A DNA stretch of 64,000 bases from Oculina patagonica (lineage: Eukaryota), in contig NC_135764.1 of NCBI RefSeq assembly GCF_052425735.1, positions 27,404,001-27,468,000 of the forward strand, in the 5' to 3' direction. Under the pieces are notes generated by a model. The model did not search any database, was not told the DNA's origin, and was given only the letters and a program-made list of their open reading frames with translations. The position numbers and the translations under genes were made by a program. Below are positions 12,063 to 22,909 of the stretch, one piece after another. The stretch's first letter is position 1, and each line of letters starts with the position of its first letter.

Positions 12063-15000
12063 ATGACCATTCTAGCGTCATTCTTTATACTGGCGATATG
12101 TTTCTCGGAGGTGGAACAAGCACGTAAGTTTCCTTAAACGATATTTAAACACATAAATTTGCATGAAGCTCCCGATCTTTCTGTATAACTAACATAGGTA
12201 CTTCATAACTTTCTTTGTTCAATCCATCTGCCCAGGCAATTAATATCGTTTCTGTAAAGAAACATGAAATGTATTTTGTTCTGCTGCAGACTTGAACCCA
12301 GTCGCTTTTCTAATTCGCGACTTATAGTGAATTCGTGCTGCATCAAGGGAAGGAAGGAAGAATAAAGAGATCCTTCCCAAGCGCCTTTGCGCACTTAAAT
12401 TGGCGCTCCCAGACTGATCAAATTTCTTAAATAAGTGACAACTGGGTACGAGTCTGGTTCTGCTGCGTCCTGTACACCGGAAATCCGCACTAAAATAACT
12501 AACAAGACTTTGGACGTGGTAAATATTCACCTGTTATCACCACGAATAGGATAAATGGTTCTAAATATTTTCTTTTCAAAAGGTGGATACGGTAACGATC
12601 CGTGCTCAGACTACCGGACACTCAGTGGAGCTGATCGAGCGGCAGGATTTAACAAGTTAACACGCAAATCTGACAAACGCAATAACTGGAAAGAGGACTG
12701 GTACCGATTCACAGGCGAAGCGGGAGACAAGATGGCTACAATGTGAGTGAGAGTGGCTATTCTGCACTCTGTTCATTAGTGATGCTTATATAAGGCTCGA
12801 TTTGAGCCACTCTCTTAAGTCCGGTGCTCGTTTCTCCTCGGAAAGTGATAAACTTGCCTTCGGGGAAGGTTGCGGGCTTATTTTTCGAGTCAGCGGCTGA
12901 TGAGCAAGCCTAATAAGTGAGACTGAAATCAGAAACAATTCGAAACTGTTTCAAAATATTGCGTAACAATGTTGGAAGAGTTCTAATCTAGCTGACTTCC
13001 TGTTCCCCTCTTCCTCCAGGCGTTTAACTGTGCCATCACATGAAGGTACACATCGCATGGACATGCAGTGTTAGAGCACTGAGTAGTCGTTTAAGGTCAT
13101 TGCCCTGAAATAGAACTAAACACAATTTTTTAACCAAACTTCGCCTACAAGTTTATTACGTTAAGGGAACTTAAATTTTGAAATAAAAAGGGGAGGTCAC
13201 CAGATTCGTTTAGTAGCAGGAAGACCTTGTATATTCCATATAATTCCTTTAAAATTCCTCTACGAGTACTAGCAAAGTACACGTTTTTAGCGATAATTTA
13301 TTTTTCAAACACAAGAATTGATCTGTTTTCATTGTACAGAAAGAATTAGATCGCTACACCCAAAATATGAGAAAAAATTGATAGGTCACCAGACTCGTTT
13401 ACGAGAAAGCGACACTTTACTTCTCTCGCGGGCTAAGCCACATAGAAAAAGCCGCCATTTTGTTTATGTGCGCGCGCGCTCGCGCGCGCTTATTACGCGT
13501 AAAATTCTGCGCAGTAAGGATGCGCAATGCAATACAGGGCAATGACCTTAAAGCGACTCGGATAGCTTGTTCTAGGCGTTCGGTTGGTTGGGAAACAGCT
13601 CATAACTTTCGCTCGTTTTTTTTTCGCTCGCAGTTTATCGCGCTGCTCTGCCTAGAACAGGCTACGACCGGTAGTTTCACAGGCGCTCCCTGGCCTTCCA
13701 ATGCAAGCTACCCCAGCATTTGTCAGAGAAAAAAAAATCAAAACTTGGCAAAGAATGTAGCAGGGATATGTTACACGTCCGCTCATGTCTGCAGGCATCC
13801 TCGGAGACCCAGGGGCAGTTAGTGGGGGCGACGGGCAGCTTATCGGGACAACGGGATTTTCGAAAGCGAAAGTTTACAACATAAAGCGTAACAGCCCCTG
13901 GGCACTTTGTCTTACCGAACCAGTTCCAGAAGCGTTTGAACTCCTTCCTCCTGATTGGCCACAAAAATATTTTTGTGGCCAATCAGCGACGAGGACCGGC
14001 CAGGAGACTCTGATGTCTTCTTACACGAAGTTGTTTTCCTCATAGACTCGTCGTGGATGCTCTGCCCATCAATCGGATGCTATTACATTGAGAGTCTCAG
14101 AAAAAAATAAGCCTTAGACGACTGCCAGTTCTACACTGTTAGTTGCGCGCTTTTTAATAGTTATTCAATTTAACAACAATTCTTATTATTTTTCTCAGTC
14201 GTTGCCCGACTTCTGGAACTTGCCACGGTCTGGGTACTTCACTGCACGGGCCACGCGTTAGCGAAGATATCGCTGTCGTCACCTATTGTTATTTTGTTGC
14301 CAGCTTGACAGTTAAAACAAAGGGTTTTTGTTTAATTTGTTGGATATTTAAATAACAAAAACAAAACTTATAAACAAGAAGTGCTCGCGTATAGCTTTAA
14401 AAACTTTTGGTTTCCTTGCGCTATGCTACATTTAACATATTCCCAGGCCTCGTTGTTTTGTTTTTGTTTTGCTTTTTTATCTGAGACCCACGTAGTATCA
14501 TCCGATGGACGGGCTTAAAGTGGTACTATGATCAAAATTTTACCTTCCCTTTTCTCTTCGGTTTTTGAAAGTACTTACATTAAATAGTAACCTTGCCAAA
14601 TTTTAAGTTCAAATTCGAATTGGAAGACCACTTATTTCACGCGTAAACTTCGGCTTTGGCTTGCCGCCATTACTAGATTCAAAAATGTCCGAGGACCAAA
14701 TAGAGATCTGGAACTAGTTGGGGCGAGAGCATGCTGACGTCATATGCGCATCAACAAAATGGCTTCTTCGAAGGCTGGAGTGACCGATCTGGAAAAACAT
14801 TGGTTTTCTTTTTAATCTGTAGTGATGTAGAAGCCGTATCTACTGCGCAAATGTTTTTTAAACATACTTCAGGGCATCTCCAGGTCACTTTTGCACAACA
14901 TAGTGGCAGAAAACATTTCAAGAGGCGGAATTTTTAACTCGCCCGAACCACGCAAGATGAATAATAGATCGTCTGATAACTTTGAGGGAAACTTGTACTC

Positions 15001-18000
15001 TTGGAAATGCTGTATAGATATTTCTCCCTGCAACCTTTGTGAGGTTAACTTCTTCAACTATCCAAGGGAAGTGAATAGAAGAGAACGCTTCGAATTATCT
15101 ACAGTGAGTTTACTGTATTCGCTCTTTTTTAGAAGCAAAACATTGGGTGAGTGGCGTAATTTACTTCTGTTGCTCAAGCTCTCGTGTTCTTGAATAGTCA
15201 TTTTTAAATTTATTGTAAATACTTCATGTCAAAAAGGTAATTTTTGGGCAAATCGGCCTGTATGTTCCTGAATTATATCCTCTATTGTACAAATAAACTT
15301 AAATAAATTCGCATGAGGCGGTACATTATGTGAAAGTACATACAGAGGATGCAAAGCTTAGCAATATCTTTTTACTGATTATGTACTGAAAATGTTTCCA
15401 TTGTAGTCCTCTGTATACACTGTAGTCTTAATAAACTCACCAGCACGTCTTCAATGTTGGTCACTTGTTTATTTCTGCCATGCAATATAAGACACTACAG
15501 TGGGACTGTACTTCATTGTGCACTTATAGTATTCATAAACATTTTTTGAGAAGTAATCCCAGGATAGAACAGTGTTAGCCTGTCTCAGAGACATACATGC
15601 TATCCGGATTTTACTCAGTATATCTTTATTATATTTAAGTACAACAGGGGCCATGAGCTATAATTATGACCTGTGCCAATCACTTATGCTGTGTGCAACA
15701 GAGCACCGTTGAAATCCTAGCTACTCTTTATTTTAAGTTTGCAATATATTTATTTTTGGCATGCTCTTTTTGTTCATAAGTTGAGAATGTAGTAGCCAAC
15801 AATAAATCATGTGAATGTGCCAGAGAACCCCTGAGCTGCTGATCCATCATAATTTCTAACACAAGTACAGTCAAATCTGTACCATAAATAAAAATGTTGT
15901 ATTGATTGAGGTAAAGGGGCCCAAGTGAAAGTTGTCGGACTCCGGATCAAGCGGTTCAGGTGTGGACTCTTACTGGTGTCATTGTGCTGTGTTCTTGGGC
16001 AAGACTACTCTCATGGTGCCTCCTCTCCAAGTGTAGAATGGGAACTGGCAAATTGATGGTGTGACGAGGGCATGCAAGTCTAGTTGCTTGGTGGGCAACT
16101 AGACTTGCATGCAGACCTTGCCTTTTTGTAACAAGGGGGCAATTTTGAGGTCACACAGGACCCTTGCAACCATTATATATGTATTTATTTAAAGAGTATA
16201 CACGAACTGCAAAGCCGACAACAAATACAGTCAAACCTGTACCATAAATAAAAATGTTGCATAGCAATGGGGTAGTTGTTTTGATTTAGGTGCGGTGACC
16301 TAATGGTCAGTGCGCAAGACTCTGAATCAAGCTGTTCAGGTGTGAGCCCAGACCAGTGTCATTACATGTATGTGGGGGGAGTGGGGAGGTTAAACCTGTG
16401 ATGCAATTGTACTTCCATCTCATCCAGGTTGCTTAATCCTACTTAAACCAAGATATGCTTTGGCCTGATGGGCAAGCAGGCTTGCATGCAGACTTTGCCT
16501 TTTTGCATCAAGGGAGCAATTTATTTAGGGTGGTACACGGAGCTGGCTTGTTTACAGTCATGTTAAGTTGACACAAGATTAGTCCCAAAATTGAACTCTC
16601 AATTACATACACATACTGCAGATGCACAATGTACGCCAGTGATATTCTCTAGAAAAAGCAACTGTCAAATTGCATATGATACCATAAAAAAATATGTTCT
16701 TGAGTAGATGCCAGACCCCGACTCACCGCAGGCTTCATTTAAATGCCGTTTCAAAACTGGAAACGTTTGATCAAGGTCCCAGTGTTTGTTTGAGGTCCAG
16801 GTGTTCCCGTTTATGAACTTAAAACTTTATACCCTTAATATTATTTTACTTGTTCCCATGTTGTGCATATATTGTTTCAGTTATTTTTATCATCAAAAAA
16901 TCACGGGGCCAAGAGGAAAACAAATGGGTGAAATGAATAAGAAAAACTACTCCTACCCAGTTTTGCTGCTACTTGTGGGACAGTTTCATATTAACATTAT
17001 CAGTAAATAGAGTGAAGGACTCTATACAGCATTCAAATGGTTTTCTTATTTTAAGAAACAGGAATACTGAATGCTGGCTGAAGCTAGATGTCTGAAGTGT
17101 TATTACCCATTAAAACACTTAGTTTTAAAAAGGTTTATTAGCTATATTGTAGTCAAGGAAGGTAAAACTGTATAAAACTCAAGGAGCTAAATCCATTGAT
17201 CACCTGCACCATCTTGTTGACTTTAATTTTTCTGTACAAATTTTACATTATTTCATGTTTATAAAGCTTTTTTCGGAATAAACAGCTGAGATAGATTTTA
17301 TGCCCATGGCGTGTATGATAGATTACAAGAATGAAAACAACAGTAAAGATCATTTCAATCCTTCGCAAACGGCAATAGCAACCTACATGTATATATATGC
17401 AGAGCTCTCTATTAATTCAAACATTGCAGACATTTTATCCTAACTATTCAATGTCGTTCTCATCATTCGACGAAGCTGCCGTCTTCTTGTCCAATCGAAG
17501 CACCGATCGAAGAAGCCTCCATGAATCGCCGTTCCTCTTCGTTCTTCGAGGCTTCTTCGATCGGTGCTTCGATTGGACAAGAAGACGGCAGCTTCGTCGA
17601 ATGAAATAAATATTGAAGTATTTGCATACAAACATTGCCCTTTAGACCGACGTCAAACGGCTTTAAATTCTCATTATAAGAAACGATACCGCTAAATTGC
17701 AATGTCTCTTCGTTGCGGCTCTCTTGGGTTTCGCCACCGGGCAAACTAGACGAAGAATTGGTCGAAGAAATATCTTTTATAACCCTGTTAATTCTCAGTA
17801 TATTCTCTCTTGGAACACTCGAAGCTCGAAGCGACGATGCGCATATGACGTCACGGACCAACTCATGCGTAAATCCGCTTTTCAGTACAGTCGCTGGCTC
17901 ACTTTAGACGTCCGAGTAATGGCGGACGGGTTTTCCACGATTTTCGGCAAGCTATTTCAAGGCTTATATTGCTCGCAACGTTCTAAATTCTAGCGCGCTA

Positions 18001-21000
18001 GTTAAATATAGACTTATTGAACAAATTGACTTTAGAAAAAGACGAAAAGAAAAACAAAAATTTTGGTCATAGTAGCACTTTAACAACAACGGACGAGTCT
18101 ATGAGGAAAACAACTTCGTGTAAGAGTCGTTCTTCTGGTCAACCTCGCTGATTGGCCACAAAAATATTTTTGTGGCCAATCAAGGGGAAGGAGTTCAAAC
18201 GCTTCTGGAACTGGTTCGGTAAGACAAAGTGCCCAGGGGCTGTTACGCTCTATGTTGTAAACTTTCGCCCGAAAATCCCGTTGTCCCGACAAGCTGCCCG
18301 TCGCCCCCACTAACTGCCCCTGGGTCTCCGAGGATGGTCTGCAGGTGATGTTTTTTAGACTGTCGATCCAGCGTGTCCCTGCTACATTTTTTGTGTGTGT
18401 TTTTGAAGGTTGTGATTTTGTCAAATGCTGAGGTATACGTAGCCAACACTCCCTGTCACTTCACACTACAGTTTCCAAAGCTAATGGCCGGCGTTGTAGA
18501 GCGACTTTTAATATCTAAAACTTTATCATTCGTATTTTAACTTTCTACTTCACTTTTACATACTTATTTTGTGTAAATGTATTGAAACCTCTTATTTTAG
18601 GGACTTGAATGGAGGGGGCTGCTTGAAGTCCCCTGCTTGTGGAGCCAAGTTTCCCGCGTACCTTCTCAAGCCGCACCCTGATAATATGGCGCATGAGGAA
18701 AGCAAGGAGGCAACCATTTGCTACACAACCGGAAAAACCTGTTGTGGAAAGACTCAGAAAATAATGATCAAGAAATGCACAGGTTTCTTCGTCTACAAGC
18801 TTCCTCGCGCTTGCATCAAGAGAGGAAGATATTGCGGCAATAAAGGTGAAATGTTTTGTTTCAAAAGTAAGAGCCAGACTTAATGAGAATAAGATCCAAA
18901 ACGTGAATGTTCTTTAACGTTCATCGACTGTCAGTTTAGCGGGTTTAGGACAAACAAGGGTTGAAAACGGCTTGAGAAAAGAGCGAAAATTCTCGTGAAC
19001 TCTCAAAAAAAACATTTAGAAGGTGAAATCTCGGTGAAACGGGATCACAACTTTTAAATCGTACAGAACTTTGATGTCAAGGCTGAGGACCATAATGAAA
19101 CTTCAAAAAAGTTGACCATATCAAGTTATGGCTTTCTTTAGTCGTACACGCATGGGTTCAAGGCATACACATACACATTCTCGTTCCCAGAGCTTTGCGT
19201 CTCCCGACTGCTGGTCTAGGGGGACGGGGGGTTCTGGGAACGAGAACGACACAATGCAGTTGTGTTGTGTCTGTCATCATTGACTGATTTTACTTTCTTT
19301 TATCTTGCAACAGAAAAGAAGCCTGAGTGCGATGAAAAGAAACTGCTCTTTGGTATGACTGTCCTTCTGTTCTTTCACTTAAAAACACAAGCTTTCTTCC
19401 AAGAATTTTTTTCAGCGAGTGTCCGGTGCCCTCTTTGCGCATGAGCCTAATTCCTAAGGACCAGCCAGCCAAAGCTCTGACAAGTGGCGCGCAGAAGCGA
19501 AGGGTCTAGGGCCTACCAGACGCGTGTTTAAGCACTACGCGTTGTTGAGAAATTTCTGATCAATAATAACAACTCATAAGGTCAATTAAAGCTGCAAAAC
19601 TCAGCATTTTTTTACTGACTGAAAATACCGTACTAACGAAATTGAAATGATTAAAGTGCAACAGAAGAAACAGGAATTGAGATTCCGCCTTTTAACATTT
19701 TACTTGTTTCTTTCGCAGGTCTGACTAAAAAGTATGCAGCAATGTCTTGTAAAGAGATAAAAGAGAAAAGAGAAGTTGCTGATTCCGGTGTATACTGGAT
19801 TAAACCTGATGGCCACAACCCGGTCCAGGCCTACTGCGACCAGGAAACGGACGGAGGAGGTTGGACACTAGTATACAGCTACACATTTACAAATTTCAGG
19901 TACAGCATTCATTTTACTTGAAAAATTACAAATAATCAATTATAGAGTTCGCTTTAAGCCGTTATTTTTGCAAGTCCGTTAAAGTTAGGCTGGCCACCCC
20001 CCGTCCTCTGCAGGCGTTATTTGGGTCATCATGCTATACTTTAAACCGTGACGATCAAGCGTTGCGCAACGTTTCGGCGTTGTAGCAAGGTTCAGCCAAT
20101 AGCGAAGCGCGCAAGGTCCTGAAGAATAGAGTGCAAATGAGTATAACCGCCACGAGGCTCAGAAAACATCAGCGTGTTGTGAGAGAAATAGAAGGAAACT
20201 GGTCGTTTTATGCATGTAAGAGTTTTACGAATGTCAGCTGCTTTAGAGAGTGTTTTAGGAAAATCGTCCGCCATTTCGGTTTGTTTGTCTGAGTCTTGTC
20301 TGAGTCGTGACGTCACTCGCGCGCTTTGCTATTATGAGCAAACCAGGAACAGCCGTAAGGCAGGTTTAGCCCTTTCAGGTGCACTGTTCAAAATATCCAT
20401 TCTTCTTTATCAATTGCCAGAAATTGCTGTCAATTTTGGTCCTGAGAATTTCTTGAGAATTATAGCTGATAGTTTTATCTACTCTTGATCTTGTCACCTG
20501 ACTGCTTGACAATGTGTAGATTTCAAATTATTAAAACTACTGTCAATAATTTTCTTTTTCTAGGGGATTCAGATCTGGCTCAAATGCTATCACTCCGCGC
20601 CCAACTTGGCCAATATCCCACCACATTGGCAACATCAACCCATCAACCACGCCTCCAGAGAGCGAGACAGACTACAACGCAATGGACTTCAAATTTTGGA
20701 AGAATCTCGGCCACGAGTTTATGGTCAAATCTAACATCAACCACTGGATCGCTTGCAAAGAAGGAACCGGAAGTTTGGTGGAATTCAGGGGCGGAAGTCT
20801 TCAGTGCCGCAATATCAAGAACGTCGCAGCCAAGTGCCACGACTACGTTCCTGATCAACTAATTCTCCACTCGGCTGGAAATCCGGCTGGTTCTACCCTG
20901 GGCCCTGATCTGATACGATCTCAAAGCACGTCCTGGCTAAAGGAGTATTACTACTTCGAGTCTAACACGCGCACCGGAAATTGGCCTACCCATGATCCTT

Positions 21001-21071
21001 GTGGTACCAACGGTCTGAACCACCTCACCAACGTGAATGGGCCTCGTGGTAATATTTACATCCGGGAATGA
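12063..21071 (+). CDS. Secreted protein A: signal peptide + UMOD/GP2-like D8C(D10C) domain + fibrinogen-like (YCDxxxxGGGW) domain, ~397 aa
   Basis: Exons 12063-12123, 12583-12742, 18601-18845, 19314-19352, 19719-19899, 20564-21071 (1194 nt, GT-AG, in frame). Hydrophobic N-terminus MTILASFFILAICFSEVEQA. D10C motifs DPC..Y..L...R, WYRFTGEAG, CG, HP, CC, KC..F.VY.L, RYCG. Fibrinogen-like motifs SCKEI, SGVYWI.PDG, YCDQETDGGGWTLV. Confidence 0.88.
15925..16480 (+). mobile_element. Two degenerate tRNA-derived SINE fragments
   Basis: GACTC(C/T)G(G/A)ATCAAGC..TTCAGGTGTG heads near 15937 and 16318. The first is followed by TGTGTTCTTGGGCAAGAC core-like sequence. Confidence 0.45.
17463..17604. repeat. 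Perfect inverted repeat, 57-bp arms, 28-nt spacer
   Basis: 17463-17519 is the exact reverse complement of 17548-17604. Confidence 0.95.
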
Positions 21072-22135
21072 TGTGCCGCATCCGACCTATCCTTGTCATC
21101 TGTTGTTCACAGGACACCCAAGCAATGTGCTCAGTATCGCGTGCTTTACAAGGGTCTATATTGGGGGGAATATGAAGGGATTTTTAACGCTTGAAACAAA
21201 CAGTGATGGACTTATTGAAAAGTTCTGTTTTTTGTTTGTTTGATGTTTGTTTGCTTTTTATTTTGTTTTGTTTTTTGTTTGTTCTTTTTGTTTTTGTTTT
21301 GCATGTCTCACAGCACTTGATGGCAAACGAAAAGGTGGTTTCAGAATGGAAACCAGTTCAAACGGATACATAACGCTAAACCACAGTAATCGTGGATTCA
21401 CTTTGTGACACTTCTTTTTCAACTATACAATCTATCCTTTGTGTGCCGCCTGTAGATCCTTATTATCGTTCGAGATCGAACACTTTGCAATTGGGCCTGT
21501 GGCATTGCGAACAAATGCATTAAACCATTGTTTTACATCAGCGATTGTTGTGTTTTTCTAAGTACATTCCGGGGGGGGGTTAAAAGGTTCCGTTTTTATA
21601 AGTCCTCACGGTTACAAAGCCCCATGAAACGTTTAACCAAGATGCAGAAACCCTGGGGCTACAACCTAGAGAGATATTTCACGGTATGGGTTGCGGAGTA
21701 GACTTTTTGTCATCACACGGGTCAGAAATGAACGTTAAATGTGACTAAAGCAGTGAATCATCTCCAATTACAGTTAGAACAGTCTACACCCTGCCCCGTA
21801 ATACACTAACAACTTTTTGTAACAGAAAAGAATTTCTGCTCAATTTTAAACGTGATTTTATTTTAATATTCGACCGATTGGCATCTAATATAATCTAATT
21901 GGCCTGTGTAACAATACTCCCATTTTATTGCTTGTTGTTGTTTTTGTCTGGGTTGAAATTAGCTGCTACCTGAGTTATTTGCAAGAACACCATTAAAATG
22001 TCAACTGAGTGTAAAATAATGTAAATAATCGTCAGTCTTACGGTCAGCTTAAATTTAAAATATCTTTTAGATAGTCACAAGAACGTTCGAGTAATGTTGC
22101 AGCTTCCTCTTGACTCCAAAACTGTCCTTTTTTTC

Positions 22136-22875
22136 TTAAGCAGCATCTCTAATCTTCTCGTAAGCGTAGGCGACATTGAGAACAGTGGCCTCGTCAAACT
22201 TTCTTCCCACAATCATCATACCAACTGGTAAGCCATCACTGAAGCCGGCGTTGATTGACAGGGCTGGGTGGCCTGTGACGTTTGTAGGTGAGCAGTTAAC
22301 GACACTTTCAAACGCCCTTTCCAGATACTCTACAAAATAAACAATTTTAACTGGTTTAGATGGCACGGGGTAATTCACTGGTTTATATGTAGCGACACCG
22401 TTGACAGCAGCAAGAGAATTTAAATAATCTTCTATTGAAAATCGGCCGTCGTACAGGAATTTTAAATGTGTATTTTGTATTCGAGTTACGTATTTAAAGT
22501 ATTGTCTTTTCTCTCCCCTCTCCTCACTATCTCTCACCCTGAAATGGACAATGGAAGCCGAACACGTTTCATTACCAGCAATGTGACGTCATACTTAGTA
22601 AAGGACTTCCTACATAATCCCGTCTCTTCTCTTCCTTCCTATTGCCATCTCTCACCCTAAAATTAATATGGCGAGCATGTTCACAAAATTACACCAAAAT
22701 GGAATACCGTGCAAGCTCTTTTACCACAATATGACGTCATACTGCTATAAATAGGGTTCCAACTCATCACGCGTCCCTCTGTAACAGACATCGTATAGAA
22801 CCCGACATGGTGAATTTTTATCCTCCCTGGTAAAATTAAGACCTCGTCTTGCACTTGTCAGTCAAGAAACAATCC

Positions 22876-22909
<34 letters not shown>

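Larger units (their letters stand above)
14519..18079. mobile_element. 3.56-kb Kolobok-like element, no intact ORF
   Basis: TTAA at 14515-14518 and 18080-18083. TIR AGTGGTACTATGATCAAAA versus AGTGCTACTATGACCAAAA (reverse complement). TTAA TSD plus RR termini fits Kolobok. Confidence 0.82.
13796..18336. mobile_element. Non-autonomous DNA transposon with ~250-bp TIRs and 9-bp TSD (Mutator-like), carrying a nested element
   Basis: Termini CATCCTCGGAGACCCAGGGG...CCCCTGGGTCTCCGAGGATG. TIRs span about 13796-14052 and 18092-18336. TSD GTCTGCAGG at 13787-13795 and 18337-18345. Confidence 0.9.

Noticed and set aside
13677-18449. Similar ORFs on opposite strands (13785-14045, 18080-18424)
   Set aside because: They are the two TIRs of one transposon, with frameshifts between copies.
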